Source of the DNA: Chara braunii
Taxonomy: Eukaryota > Plantae > Charophyceae
Direction: 5' to 3'
DNA length: 64,000 bases
Assembly (NCBI GenBank): GCA_003427395.1
Contig: BFEA01000012.1
Location: forward strand, 4,272,483-4,336,482
Part shown: in pieces, positions 24,101-38,546 of the stretch
Layout: each line of letters opens with the position of its first letter
Numbering within the stretch: position 1 is the first letter of the stretch
Position numbers and translations under genes: made by a program
Notes under the pieces: model-generated
Told to the model about the DNA's origin: nothing
Seen by the model: only the letters and a program-made list of their open reading frames with translations
The model's database searches: none

Positions 24101-27100
24101 CGTAGTTCACTCGAGCATCGGGTAGTTTTTCTGATAAATAGCGTCTTGTGCGCCATCCAGCCTCGTGTCTAAAGAGTGGTTCGGCAAAGGAGGCTAAAAC
24201 AAGTCTCTAGTATAATTTCTACTTGTGCCCTTTACAACCTGGGTTGGTATGTTGTAGTGGCTGAGATCAGCACCCGAGAGTTGTTTGTCAAAATAGTGTT
24301 CAGAGGTTGTACCCACAAATCCCATTGAAGACGGATATCATTTTCCTTTCCACAAAGCCCTGCCTAAGTTACCAATCATCTTCTTACCCTCCCTGTTCTT
24401 CGTAGGTTGACTTCTAGAGCGAAGCAAGCAGGTATGAAGGACGAAGAGACCCTAGTGATAGAAGACAGTCAACAAAGATAAGAAAGGAGGATGGGGGGAA
24501 AAAAACTATCAAAACATAACAAGGAACTAGGAGACAGTACTCGATGAGACTGGGGATGATGGGATATCGCACAACACGAAGGGGAGAAAGATTGATCGCT
24601 TGGAGAGACCATATTGATCCGGGAGAATTCTTCAAAACCAATCAAATCACATCGTGAGAGGATTAATTCAAGTTCCTCTTTATACGCTATTGTCTTACGA
24701 CTTCGAAGGTTCTCAGAAAGGACTAATAGGGACTTCCTATACAGGGACGGAAGCGGGAAAGAATAGGGGGCGAAGAGCGGTGCGTAGCGGAACCAAGAGT
24801 CAGACGAAGAAAACGAGAAGGAAGGCGAAAAGGAAAAGGGTATGAAAAATAGTTACGGATTTAAGAAAGATGGCACGAAGGAAAATGGTAGGGATTGCTT
24901 GAAATACAGCAGAGGGCGAGGGCATGCATGGCATTGTGCGAAAACAAAAATGCACCGAAACAGTCACACTTTGTCCAGTCCATCTCGAGAACCACTTCAA
25001 GATTGAAAAATTCAAAAACAATATTTGCGCGTGAAATTAGACAAGCGAAGTTTTACACCTATTCATATTTTTTCATAAAATTCATCGAGCCTTCCGAGAT
25101 AGATTTTGGGACACTCTTATGCAATGAAGGGCACATCAATGAAAACTTCGCGCAGAAATTTCGGAATTCCTAAGCCGAATAAAATTCCTGTTTCTGAGTA
25201 AATTCATAAATCCTAAAGAAAAGCAAATAAAATTTTTGAAAATCTCGAAAAAACAAAAATAGTTTGAAGTTGGGAGGCCTCGACGACCATTGACTTCATG
25301 CATTACACGCCGACCAAAATGAAGGTACCAAAAAACTCGTTAATGACCGAAAAGAAAAGAGTAGAAAAACAAAGAAATCCAGTAAGTCGTTCAAGCATGG
25401 ACGTTGGCACGTCATGCATCCGCATTATATGTCTTTGCTACATATGAACTCTTGTTTTTGTGCCTTGCTAATCATGCTAGTGTTTGCGGACAGATCCTTA
25501 AAGGATGTTATCAAAAGACATTTTATTTTTTTCTGATTGGTTTGGGTGTGCGTATCATTCTCTGCAACCTCCTCGAATGCCTACAGACACGAAGTGCTGA
25601 TCTGCTATCTGTCATAACCCTTCTCTATCGAGTAAATATCACAATGCAATTTTGATTAGACTATTGTTCTGCGTGTGAACATTAATCTTAATTTTATTTT
25701 ATTTTATTTTTTATGAAAAGAATTGTCAAAATGGGTAACTCCAAAACCTCAGGCGGTTCGGGTAAAGGAAAGGATCCGAAGATCCTCAAACTAACACCAA
25801 AGGTAAAAATCGAGGAGCAGAAAACCGCTTAAGAGATACGAGAAACGATTGAGCGACTATTGAAAGAGAAGAAGGTCGAGGATAAAAGAACTCATGAAGC
25901 CACTGAAAAGGTTGAATTGACCGAATTCTTCCTTAAAGTTGAATCTGGTGAACAATTCAACGAGACCCACAAGAAGTTGTCTGTATGGATCCATTTAGAG
26001 TGCACTGTAGTTACAAATGCTCACACAGACTGATTGCACATCATTTCTATAGTAGAGGACCGCCAGACCTAGATAGAGGTTAAGTAGACCTCCCTCTAAA
26101 AAACCCTTGATGACCTCCAGTAGCATTTGCGTGCTCCTACACCCCCACCTTTTATTGCACTCAAATTTCACCCCATTCTCATGCATCCTCCTCTTCTGTT
26201 GAGTTTTCGCGCATTTTAGGTATTAAGACACTTTTCACATTACTTTATTCATATTATTATTTTTTATTAATAATTCAATTATTTTTCATTATAAGGAATT
26301 CTCGGGCGTGGTCCCACTAGCAAAGAGGAGCGGATCGAATGCCTGAATTTAAACGAGTTTATGGAGATGTGCAGAAAATCGAGATTGAACTGCTTTTCTG
26401 CATCTGTGCTTAAAACACAACCAGATTCAAGAGCTCTATCCTATCCTTTTGGCTAGTGGAACCTCGACCCTCATTTCAGAAATTGTTGAATATTATTCAG
26501 TATTATTAAAAAAATTATATTATTATATATGTTTTTAATTTTTTTTTAAATATTTTTTTTTTACCAATTATAAGTAAGATACATAATAATAATCAATAGT
26601 TTAATAATTAATTGTATAATTTAAATTGTACAATATCAATTTTTTTTCTTTGAACTTTATTCAACTATTACTATCTATGTATGATTTTTTTTTTCTTCAT
26701 AAATTAGAATTTTTATCATTCTTTAAAATTATACATAAAGATTTATTATATATTTATTTATATTATTACAATATTTTTAATTTTATACTCTAATTGGTTT
26801 TATTTATCTTGTATATTTTATCTTGTATATATCTCTTTCTATTATTAAGTAAATTCTTGAATTAAAGCACAACTATTTACAATTTCGTTTGCCTACACCT
26901 GAGGGTTTAAGTTTGCTGTATCAATTTACGAGCACACCTGTTATGCAAAAGGTACGTTGTTAACCTTTGCAGATCTATCATCCATAATTGATTGATGATG
27001 CATCTTTCAACTTTGACGGATTGCTTTCATTGAGTTTCAGGTTTTCTATTACACTCCCTTTCTTAGGAAAATTGAGTACACCCAAAAGAAAACATGTTAC

Positions 27101-27244
27101 TCACTCAAGGAGCACAAACAATATTAAACAGTTACCCCTCGACCCCCTTGACTAGGGTCTATAGACTCCCTTGTGTTTGATACCGGGTACCTCAAAGTGT
27201 CACTGCCTGACATATTCATATGGAATCATCTCAACATGGACGAG

Positions 27245-29905
27245 GCAAATTGGGAGGCTTCTATTAAATCTTATTCGACGGGCTTTCCCTGTTTAAAGGC
27301 AAGTAAGATGACAACAATAATGATCCTCATTGGAAGCTCTATAATAAAGTGGGTTAACTTTGAGGGTTGCAAGTCTCAAAAGCAGCTTGCTAACTGATCT
27401 ATTGCAGTAGGGTTGGCTGAGAGTTTTCAACGCCTTGAGGCAAGGCTTGCAGACAAGGACGAGGCTCATAAGATTGTAGATAAGTTGATTTTGGTCAGAT
27501 AAAATACAAAGTTGCTTAATTAAGCTCTACGCAAAATTTGAACGTCTTACCTTCACTCTTGGTTTGTCCATGTTTGAGGAGGACAAACTGGCCTGGTTAC
27601 TCAGGGAAACACCTAATAAGTACAACACGATCTTGTACATTGTAGGCCACAAGCACCGACGATTCTTTGGCAGAGCACCCTTGGACATGGTGGTTGCACT
27701 TGATGTTCAATAAACATCCTACTACTCATATAAGATTGTCTATGAACCTTGTCCCTTTGACACAACTCACAAGTTTTAAAGTACGAGTAAGAAAGATTGT
27801 CCAAAACAATATACGTCTTTAGAAATTCAAAGTGACCGCAAGCATCGTGACTTTTTGATATCAGATGACTAATCATATTGCTATTATTAAGAATGTAAGA
27901 ACGATATTTCACCTCATTGACGATATACAACAAGTCTGAAATCATGGCATAGTCTGATTCAAAATTGTGGTTAGGTTGCAGAATTTTAATGATGGCGCAA
28001 AAGATTGGGTTATGAGGCAACACATCTGCAATACCTTGTCACGTGGAATCAACAAAAAAGTAAGTATTGCCAATGGTAGTAAAAATGTCAGGTCCCTTAT
28101 TATCGCACGTTTTTTTGTATTACAATTCAAAGTCAAAACCGTGTATGAATTGAATGTATTTTACCAGCTTATCAATGAACTAATTTTGGGTCTTCAACCA
28201 TTACAATGTGTCATTATTTGATGACACGTATGGGAATATATACAGCTCTTTCACATACACACTTATTTATCAATTCACTTTCTCCACATTAATTTTTTTT
28301 TTCACCCTAACGCCTGTTTTCAAAACTTTCTGACCCTACCTTACCGTTTGTATTGAATATTGATGCAAATCAGTACGAATTTGTTGTAGTTTCTCAACAG
28401 AATGGTGAGATTAACCTGAAGGAATTGTATATTCTCATTTGTGCCCTCAAACAAATATGTACCCTCAAAATGATGAGATGAACCTGAAAAACTGCACCAG
28501 ATTTTGTAATAATTTGCATCATAGTCAATACGAATGGTATGGTAGGGTCAGACTGTTTCAAATCAACCGCCAGGGTGAGGACTTTCTTTAATGTGGAGAA
28601 AGCGGATTGACATATACGTGACGTGGTAGATTGAGAGGTCTCTATTAAATCTTATTTAAAGGGCTTTCCCTGTCCAAAGGCAGGTAAGATAACAACAACA
28701 GTGACCCTCATTGAAAGCTATGCACTATAGTGGGTTAACTTTGAGGCTTGCAGAAAAAGAGAAGCCTCATAAGACTGTAGATAAGTTGATTTTGATAAGA
28801 TAAAATACAGAGTTGCTTAATTAAACTCTGTGCAAAATTTGAACGCCTTACCTTCACTTTTGGTTTGTCCATGTTTGAGGAGGATAAGTTGGCCTGCTTA
28901 CTCAAGACAACACCTAAGAAGTACAACACGACCTTGTACACTGAAGAACACAAGTACCGACGGTTCTTTGGCCGAACACCCTTGGACATGATGATTGCAC
29001 TTTATATTCAATCCACTTCCTCATACTCATATAAGATTGTCTATGAACCTTATCGCTTTGACATACTCATAAGTTTTCAAGTACGAGTAGAAAGGTTCTC
29101 CAAGAACAATAAAGGACTTTAGAAATTCAAAGTGGGCACGAACGTCATGACTCTTTGATATTAGATGACTGAACATATTACTATTATTAGGAATGTAGAA
29201 ACATTATTTCCCCTTATCAACAATATACAACAAGTCTAAAGTCATGACATGGTCTGACTCACAATTGGGGTTAGATTGCATAATTATATTGATGGAGCCA
29301 AAGATTGGCTTATGAGGCAACACATCTGCAATGTCTTTTCAGGTGGAATCAACAAAAAAGTAAGTATTGCCAATGGTAGCAAAAATGTCAGGTTTCTCAT
29401 TATCGCACGTTTTTTTGTGCTTCAGTTCAAAGTCAAAACCGTTTATGAATTGAATGTATTTTACCGGCTTATCGATGAACTAATCGCAAATTTTCATCCA
29501 GTGCAACGTGCCACATATGAGATCATACAATTCCTTCACATACACACTTACATGTCAATTCATTTTTTCCACATTAAAGAAAGTTTTCACCCTAGCGCCT
29601 GATTTGAAACTCTCTGACCCTATCTTATCGGTTGTATTGACTATTAATGCAAATCACTACAAATTCGGTGCAATTCTTCAGCAAAATGATGAGATTATCC
29701 TAAAGAAATTATATATTCTCATATGTACCCTCAAACAAATATGTACCCTTAAAATGATGTTACGAACCTGAAGAACTGCACCAAATTTTGTACTGATTTG
29801 CATCATTAGTCAATACGAACGGTAAGGTGGTTCATAGATATTCAAAATAGGCACCAAGATGAAGATTTGCTTTAAGATGAAAAAAGTGAATTAACATATA
29901 CGTAT
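27245..29905. repeat. ~1.3-kb tandem duplication of scrambled Gypsy fragments
   Basis: 27250 matches 28632 and 28600 matches 29885. It holds an INT HHCC relic on - (HDACGHF...KTCELCQR) and an RH-linker relic on + (LKLSDP...INANHYKFGAILQQ). Confidence 0.8.
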
Positions 29906-30233
29906 GTATGTCAAGGGAATATCCTTAGCTAGCAGGCTAGTTATGGGAGTAATAAAATTAATAAATTAATCTTATAATTACTATAAAAATGATTGGATAT
30001 CAGTAACTTTGAAATTATGTGTATTTACATTGTAATGATCTTAATGGACAGTCATTTACTTTTGATGGTTATATGATTCCAAAAAATGATCCAGAATTGA
30101 GATGATTGAAGGATTGTACAAGTAAAAAACTCATTTACGCAGCATGACATTTTTGTAGTAGGATGTTGGACTCGTAAAAGATCTGGTATCTCTAACTGTC
30201 TCTAGATGTGACTAGCCCCTAACAACGACATCT

Positions 30234-31391
30234 TTAGAGGTTTCCAACAAAGGTCGTCTGCAAAAATCGTATGTCGTAGATACACAACATAATAAATACA
30301 AAAACTCTGTCAATTTTGTATTTGTTTTCTATCCCAATATGTATTTTTTTTCTACGATGATCAGCATGGTCTTCAACAATGTTGGTGAATACCAAAATAT
30401 TATTCAAATACACAACAACAAAGTTTTCCAAATATGGTTTGAAAATGCAATTTATTTCAATCTGAAAATTACATGATGCACTGCACAAAGCAAATGGGAC
30501 GACCGGATACTCATAGCCATCATATCGGGTTTTAAAGGTTGTTTTGTGCACATGCTCGTCAACCATTTTGATATGATGATACCTGAATTTAGTATCATAT
30601 TTGCAAAAAACTTTGCAACCCTCCACCATATCCAACAAGCTATCGATCTTATGCAAGGGCTAAAAACTCTTTCTAGTGCTCTTATTCAGACCTTTGTAAT
30701 ATATAGACATCCTGATTACACCACTTGCCTTTGGAAAAAATCATTTCGTTTTTTTGTCAAGTATTCTAATTACTTCCTCAACTCATCCAGTTGAGTAGGT
30801 GACACTTTGTAGACTATTTACTTGAAACACGTAACATAATTTGGATGTCATGCTTCGTTTGTATATGGACAAGTGCAGTAGACTTTGTGCAAATCAACAA
30901 ACTCTTCAACCACTTGTTGAATGCAAACATCAATTTATGAAAGAAAGAGGTGTTAATTTGTTTGAGTGACATAAGTCACAAACAATTTTTATAGACAAAT
31001 TGTAAAATTTTATGGTTTTCACGCAGTAACTTATCTCAAGATTATGATTAGTAACTAAAAAACAATATCTTAGCTCATCTTGTTCATTCTTCAGTTGAGC
31101 GTCAGACAAAGCATAGTCAATTGAAGGATTGGTGACCTTCAACCACTTCTATCTGATTACTAGATCATATGGAAGGTGAGGGAAGACATAAAAGAATAAA
31201 TATGTTTTAATTTTCTTTTTGTTGTTAAAGGCGAACGATACACTTTTAACCAACAGTTTCCTTGAGAAAGAATGTGAGGTACCTAGCTTAATATCAAGAC
31301 AATGCTTGAGGTTTGGAACCTTGAGACCAGGATGAAGTTCCTGAATTTTTTTCGATGAAATGAAATTTCTGGTTGCTCCACAGTCAAGCAT
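30234..31391 (-). pseudogene. Old AT-rich Gypsy protease and RT relic
   Basis: LDCGATRNFI and IDSLLDMVEGCKVFCKYDTKFRYHHIKM...KTTFKTRYDGYEYPVVPF...VVVYLNNILVF. Confidence 0.85.
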
Positions 31392-32243
31392 GATTTTTTT
31401 CTGGTTTTATTAATTTGAGGGAGGAGCATGAAAAGTTCCAATCTATTCTTCGTCGCCTGAAGATGAAAAAAACAACAATGGTCACTAATCTCATAAGAGT
31501 TCATCAATAAAAGTTTCAATGTATAAGAACATTCAATCCTCTAAGGCCATACAAAAATCAGGCTCGTATTTTGATTCCTTGCATGACAGAAAGAGAGTCG
31601 GTTCAACGGAATTCGTTGTAGTTTTTGTTGGCCAGAGTAGTTTTATGAATGACCGCTGTCCCTATGATTCAATTAAGGGTGATCCTTCACATAAAACTCA
31701 CCCTCATACCCAAAATAAAATTTCCTTTCCTTCCTCTTATGTGATCGAGTGCTTCTAATCAAAGTCATCAATGCGTGACCCAACATTTGGCCAACAAGGG
31801 CTGATGATGCTTCTCCATCCTAGCCAGCTCGGAGAATTGACCCGCCCTAGTCAACGTCTGTCGAGTCATCATCAAATTTTATGACATATTTACCTCATGT
31901 CCCTTCTTTCAACTTTAAGAGGAAGAGGTAGTATCCATCTGGACAAATAATCTATGACAGATTTAACTTATTATTTAGAAGTTATTTGAAATGTTTACAC
32001 ACATGTAACGCTCATTAAAAGAGATTGTAAATATGAAAATCATAGTACACTATATTACTAGTTTATGTTTGGAACAAAAGAAAAACAAAAGTTCATTCAC
32101 ATTATTTTATCGCGTATTCTTGTTCGAAGTTTTTATGAACAATAATGTTTCTTTAAAAAGATGTTAAATTTCAACAACGCTAAATCTCTGCAGCGGGTCT
32201 CCATCTGCCCTGGCCTTATTCGGCTATTTGCCAGTTTAGCCTG

Positions 32244-32549
32244 TGTGACTTTGCCAGTTTGGCCTGTGAGACTAGGTCGTGGCCTGACCCCACAGGCCGT
32301 GTATTGTTCCAGTCCAGTCCAGTCCACTCCTACCCGGTACCATTGTCGGTACCAGACCAGTCCAGTCCAGCCCTGTCAGTTCGTTAGGGGTATACCCCAG
32401 TTGTTGTCTGTTTTTCAGATCATTCTTCATTCGACAACTTTGGAGTACATGCGTGTTAAGTCCGCGTTGGAGCTTCGCTGTCCCTTCCAGCTCCATCTCC
32501 ATCTCCTCCCCCTCAACCTTTCGTCCGCCATCCCGGCGGGTCCGTCACA
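32244..32549 (+). mobile_element. Putative short 5' LTR
   Basis: TGTGAC...GTCACA ends lie immediately before a PBS. The left boundary is uncertain. Confidence 0.5.
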
Positions 32550-32550
32550 C

Positions 32551-32562
32551 TGGTATCAGAGC
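32551..32562 (+). promoter_or_regulatory. Primer-binding site for initiator tRNA-Met
   Basis: TGGTATCAGAGC lies one base after ...GTCACA. The internal region disappears into the N gap. Confidence 0.85.
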
Positions 32563-32789
32563 GGGAACGTTCCCCGCTCCCACCCACCTTGATCCCCACA
32601 GTTGAAAAAAACGGTGCAAACCCGAAAGCGGGTTTTTGAGGTGTTTTTCGGGCGTTTTCGTGGTAAACAACTGACGAAAAGGTGCAGCGACGACGGAGCG
32701 AGAAGGCGCCGACACGTGCGCGCAAGCCCCAAGACCAAGACCGCCACACACGCACACGCACGCGCCACGTGCCCACGCTGCCCCGCCCC

Positions 32790-33569
32790 NNNNNNNNNNN
32801 NNNNNNNNNNNNNNNNNNNNNNNNNNNNNNNNNNNNNNNNNNNNNNNNNNNNNNNNNNNNNNNNNNNNNNNNNNNNNNNNNNNNNNNNNNNNNNNNNNNN
32901 NNNNNNNNNNNNNNNNNNNNNNNNNNNNNNNNNNNNNNNNNNNNNNNNNNNNNNNNNNNNNNNNNNNNNNNNNNNNNNNNNNNNNNNNNNNNNNNNNNNN
33001 NNNNNNNNNNNNNNNNNNNNNNNNNNNNNNNNNNNNNNNNNNNNNNNNNNNNNNNNNNNNNNNNNNNNNNNNNNNNNNNNNNNNNNNNNNNNNNNNNNNN
33101 NNNNNNNNNNNNNNNNNNNNNNNNNNNNNNNNNNNNNNNNNNNNNNNNNNNNNNNNNNNNNNNNNNNNNNNNNNNNNNNNNNNNNNNNNNNNNNNNNNNN
33201 NNNNNNNNNNNNNNNNNNNNNNNNNNNNNNNNNNNNNNNNNNNNNNNNNNNNNNNNNNNNNNNNNNNNNNNNNNNNNNNNNNNNNNNNNNNNNNNNNNNN
33301 NNNNNNNNNNNNNNNNNNNNNNNNNNNNNNNNNNNNNNNNNNNNNNNNNNNNNNNNNNNNNNNNNNNNNNNNNNNNNNNNNNNNNNNNNNNNNNNNNNNN
33401 NNNNNNNNNNNNNNNNNNNNNNNNNNNNNNNNNNNNNNNNNNNNNNNNNNNNNNNNNNNNNNNNNNNNNNNNNNNNNNNNNNNNNNNNNNNNNNNNNNNN
33501 NNNNNNNNNNNNNNNNNNNNNNNNNNNNNNNNNNNNNNNNNNNNNNNNNNNNNNNNNNNNNNNNNNNNN
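32790..33569. other. Assembly gap (N run)
   Basis: Run of n characters. Confidence 1.
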
Positions 33570-36059
33570 GTTCACACCCCATCACAAGCCAGCAAAACAT
33601 CCACGAAACAAAGAAAGGTCTGTCACAGCCAAAAAATACACTCCAGACACGCCGCTGGTACTAGAGGCACAGCATGGCCGCCTAGTAACGGCCCCGACCA
33701 CTGCCGCTCAACCTGACCGGAAAAAACCGTAGCAGGAGGCTAGCGAAGTCGTAGCATATATCGTCACAAAAAGAACTGCCCGGTAAATCGTTGGCAAGGA
33801 GAGAGAAAAGGACAACAAACGAGGGGCTGTGACAAACTGTTTCGTCGGAGTTTCACCGACTCATCAGGAGGCTGAACCCTCAACAGTCTGCAGAATCCCC
33901 TCACTGATTACACTGGAAGTGATAATTCACCTTAACCAAAATCAAAGTAGACTATCACTCACCCACACCAGAAGGAAAACTTTACAGACTGTCGATTCAC
34001 ACCCCATCACAAGCCAGCAAATATATATATGTATATATTTCGTATATATATCATCATAATCATCATATATATTCTTCACTATATTTCCACTGCTGCAGCA
34101 ACAGTTTGGCAGCAGTTCAAGATTACCCCCTGGCTAGGGGGCTGTGCAACTGTGGCAGCGGGGTGGTTGATCAAGATCCCAGCCAACCCTGAAACATCAT
34201 CATCATTGTCTTCTATTGCTGCGGCAGAAGGTCAGCAGCATCTTGAAGACCAAGATCCTGTGGATCTTGGTAGTGTTCTGTTCTTGGCCACCCAAGAGCT
34301 TAGTATCACTATGCTACCCACTAATATACTCTCCCCCAACCCCTTTTCTCTCACCCCCATTATCTACTCATCCTTTCTAACCCTACCATTACTCCCCCCT
34401 CCTACCTACCTCTTCACTCATCTTCCACAACCTTTTTTTTTTTCCTTCTCTCCTCTCTGCCCCACTCACCATCTTCTACTAATCTCATCTCCTCCTCTCC
34501 ACCTTTTCCATATCCTTCTCTCTCATTCTACCACCCTCCTCTCTCTCTTTCCCCCCCAAGTACAACCCCATTATCCCCATCTCCCACTTCACTCTTTCTC
34601 TTTCCCTCACATATTCCTCTCTTTCTTTATCACTCTTTCATCCCCCCTTAGGATAACGGACTTGATACGTGAAGCCGGTCTCATTCCAGACCATACGTTA
34701 CTGTCCATGTCTCAAGCAGGCGACGGGCGTATACGTGGACAGTAAGCCACGACTGAATTCGTGCTCAATGTCAATAGAGAGTCCGAGACTTGAGAATACA
34801 CGCGGCACTAGATTGCCTGAGAAGGTCACGCAAGGACCTAAACCTTCACCACCCTCCCAACTTCGAATTTTTCTGTTTTTCTTCTTTTGTCTTTCTTTTT
34901 AATTGAAATCTCCTCTTTCTTTTTCCAAAAAAAATTCGAATTACCACCTTCTTTTTTTATTTTCTGATTTATTTTATTATATTTTTTATTTATTCTGAAT
35001 ATTCGAATTTCTTTGCGGCATCCTCAAATCTGATTAGGATTTAGTCATTCTTCCTTTCGACACACATTTTAACCCCTGGGACTAACGAAGTGCTGGCGAA
35101 ATTTTTTGTTTTTGTTTCATACTAATCCTTTTCATCACATTTTGACCCCTTGGGGGTAGCGAAGTGCTGACAAAATCTTCTCATTTTACTTAGCCTTTCT
35201 TTCTCTTGGCACATTCTTCCCCCTATGGGGGGGAGGGAAATGCTGACGAAATTCCAAAAAAAAAAAAAAATCTTCCCGCTTCACAGTTTGTTTATTTATT
35301 TCTTTAATTATTTTAATTATTATTATTATTATTATTATTTTTATCTCAAAATTTTACTGTTTATTTTATTTTCTCCCCCCCTCCCCTCTATGGTTACTAT
35401 TTTTCTTTCGTGATTAGGTCGCTTCTACCCTACGCTAATCACTCAGACCCCGGTTAGGGTTTTCTTAGGGTTTTCTAGAGTTTAGGGTTCTCCTAACCCT
35501 CTACTCTCCCGCCTCCTCCCGTTGGGCACCCTGGACCCGAGCGAATCTTCTCTCCTCGACCGGATTCGCGCCAACATCTCACGCACGACCCACTGATCAC
35601 TGGGCGAGCCGACCCACGACTACCCACTCCACTCTCTCGGTCCCCTCCCTCTCACCAGTGGTCCCTTGTCCCCATACCACAACCCATCTCTCCCCCCACC
35701 TCCCACCATGTCTACCTTTGTTCCTCCACCGCCACGGACAGGGCTACAACTGAGGAGATCCCCGCGACGCAGTCCACATCCCAGGTCAGCGCGCAACCAG
35801 CGGCTCATGGTTAGGCCCATGCGGACACCGTGGACATCATGCCGTCCTTGTAGTGATCCAATCGCAACTTAGTATGCTTGGCCCATTGCGCTTGGCCTTG
35901 ACGTCAACCGCCTCAAAGGCTCTCCCCATCGCTCCACCCCCCCCATTCTAACACCCCATTCCCTACCGGCTGACCGAATGGTTCCCCACGACTCCGGCGA
36001 AACAGACATGGTGGTTCTCCCTTCCCTGCGGCTCAGGCCCAACACTGCCCCTCAGCCGT

Positions 36060-36500
36060 TGTCGAGCGCATCGACCCCCGCCTTTTTTTGCAAAAGAGCG
36101 GGAGCCCTCCCGACCGTGTCATGCAGGAGTTAAACAAAAATTAAACAAGAGACAACTCGGGGACGCCGCATAATTAACACTGCGAACCGCAGAGACGGGT
36201 GTGGTCGCATTGTCCTTTCGCTGCTTTAGCCAGATGCACCTGCTGTACATCCCGCCGTCCCCTACGACAGGATAGGTTCCCGCGAGTCATAAGCTTGCTT
36301 CCCTTAGGGGTTATCACCACTCTTAGGGGCGTCTCCTTACCGAGCTACCGACCCACGTGTGAAAATTTTCACATACAGTTGCAGAGGTGGGTAAGCGGAG
36401 GGCGTTTGCTCGCTCACTATAGTATAGGGACGCGCAGTTAAAACGCCTATTGAATTCGTACGCCGTCCGTTCCTTAAGGCGCTGATCTCCTAATTACGAA
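36060..36500 (-). mobile_element. Large element copy E, diverged 3' terminus (inner boundary uncertain)
   Basis: tgtcgagcgcatcg terminus plus cccctacgacaggatagg, ccgagctacc and gcagaggtgg motifs. Flank is CCGT. Confidence 0.7.
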
Positions 36501-38546
36501 GCATAGGCCGATCGACAAGGATGGTCTTAACCAAACGTGAAACCTCCTTGTCCCTTCAAACACGAGTCAAAAGAAAATTATAACAATTACATATAGTTAT
36601 ACCAAAAGGAACCATACTTCGTCGATAAGAATGTATATCCCATCTGCAATGATAATCGAAAAAATCAAAATCATTATTAAATACACAAGATCAAAATAAA
36701 ACTCGACCACTCCGGGTCGAACTCCAAAAAAATCATACAACCGCCAACGAGGAGTTGACTTTCGACAATAATATAAATGCAGCCGACACGGTAGTCGGAC
36801 AGCCTTAGTTTTGATTTGATGAGATGCGCTGCCAAAGTTATTCATTCTAACCCACCGCCGATTTAAGACTAGACCCACATACCCGACTTCATACGTTTCA
36901 TAATCGTTGACATACTGCTTTGCGGATGATTCTTAGTCAGGTGCATTGCTTGAACTGTTGCATGCCTCTCGCTCTAGGAAGTGGTCTGGGGTACTCCTCC
37001 TCGCCCTAGCACAAGACCCAGATCTTAGAAGTCGGGCCGGCTCCACCGAATCGGCAAAGTACCCCCCCCCATAGAACGGTCCACTCTGGGTCAATAAGAG
37101 GGTCGACTCCTAAAGCAACGAACCCCCGCCCTAGATGCTTTCCTTGAGAGAGAGGATGTATTCACTCTAAGTAACTTTCAATTATTCTTATCTCTCCTAA
37201 GTTTAGGGTAACTTGGACGAAAAGAAGACAGAGGAGACAAAGAATGAGAATCATTTGAACAGGTACAGGCAGATAAGGTAATTCGGGATAAAACTGGTAA
37301 TCCTCAGGAAAAGACTATGTCCATTTGATCTTATCTGCTTTATTTGATTCGAATTCGTTTTATGGCGCACACAAAATTGACATTTTTCAAAACAACCAAC
37401 CCTTCTTGGCATGCAGGGAGGTGAGAAGTCAAAAGAAAACACTCCATTTCATTTTCTCAAATAGGCATAATCAATCTCCTTTGCAAGCATCCTTCTACCT
37501 ACCTGCACACACAAAAACAACCACAAACCCAAAAAATCCATCAACTCATACTTCGATATATTTTGACAGGACAATCTCGTTTCGTCTCGTTGTCGGTGTG
37601 GATACCCTTACAAGGGCACTTGCACTGTTTTTTTGCAGTTGACAGAGAAATGGGTCGATTCATAATTAGTGGGAAGACCCCGCGAGTCGCAAGGGTTTGC
37701 AGACTAAAGATTCGGCGGTAACATCTAGGATTAGAGAGCGTGTGGGCGCGCAGGTTTGAGACACGCGTGACTTTTTTTCTCTTTAATCGCAATGGACGAC
37801 GTGGAGTGGATTCTGATCGACGTGCTTCATTATAACAGTTGTTTGTTTTGATTAAACTGACTAACCTATGAGCGCTCTTTTCTCTGGTTCCGCGTGGTAC
37901 GGTGGACGGTCCAGTGAGCATGTGTGGACTTACGCGGAATCTAGATGATGGGACCCGATGGATTCGGTTAGGGAAGGGTGGCCGCGGCACGATAGGTCGA
38001 CACGGATTTTCCGGTAGTCTTTTGTGCGAATACGGGCCGGGAAGTGGCATGGGGCGGTTCCTTGGCCCCAAAAGCCGTGGATTACCTCTTTATTAGGAGA
38101 TTTGTGCCTATTGGTACCAGGCTTGGACTTAGCCCTATAAGTTACATCATCGGACTGGTACGCAGCAGACGCAGGGATCGAGGCCAACGACATGCAGTAG
38201 AGGAGCAGAGCGCGACGGAAGGGCTTGAGGGGTTGATGGTCTTATAAGACTATCCCCCTTCCCTTTTGCTATCATGTCCCCCCCGCCTTTTGCTATCACG
38301 GGGGACGAGAGGGGTGTCGTGGTCTTGACCCGACCACCGCCCGTATTTATATATATACATATATATATTATTTCATATTTTTTTTTTTACTATTATCATC
38401 GCGTTCGTATGTGGACGCGAAAACACAGAGGGGACCCCCACGAGCTGGGGAAATACAGACCCGTGTTTGAATCCGGGCCACATAACTTGGTTGCTGAGTA
38501 AAACCAAATATTCTGAGTCGCCTGTTGACTCGGCGACCCAGGCTCT

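Noticed and set aside
32545-33732. Long ORFs of 339-376 aa
   Set aside because: Artefacts of translating the N gap.
34029-34745. 238-aa ORF
   Set aside because: Low-complexity pyrimidine-rich sequence with no domain signal.
35454-35500. Interstitial telomere
   Set aside because: Only a few scattered TTAGGG-containing motifs, not a tandem array.
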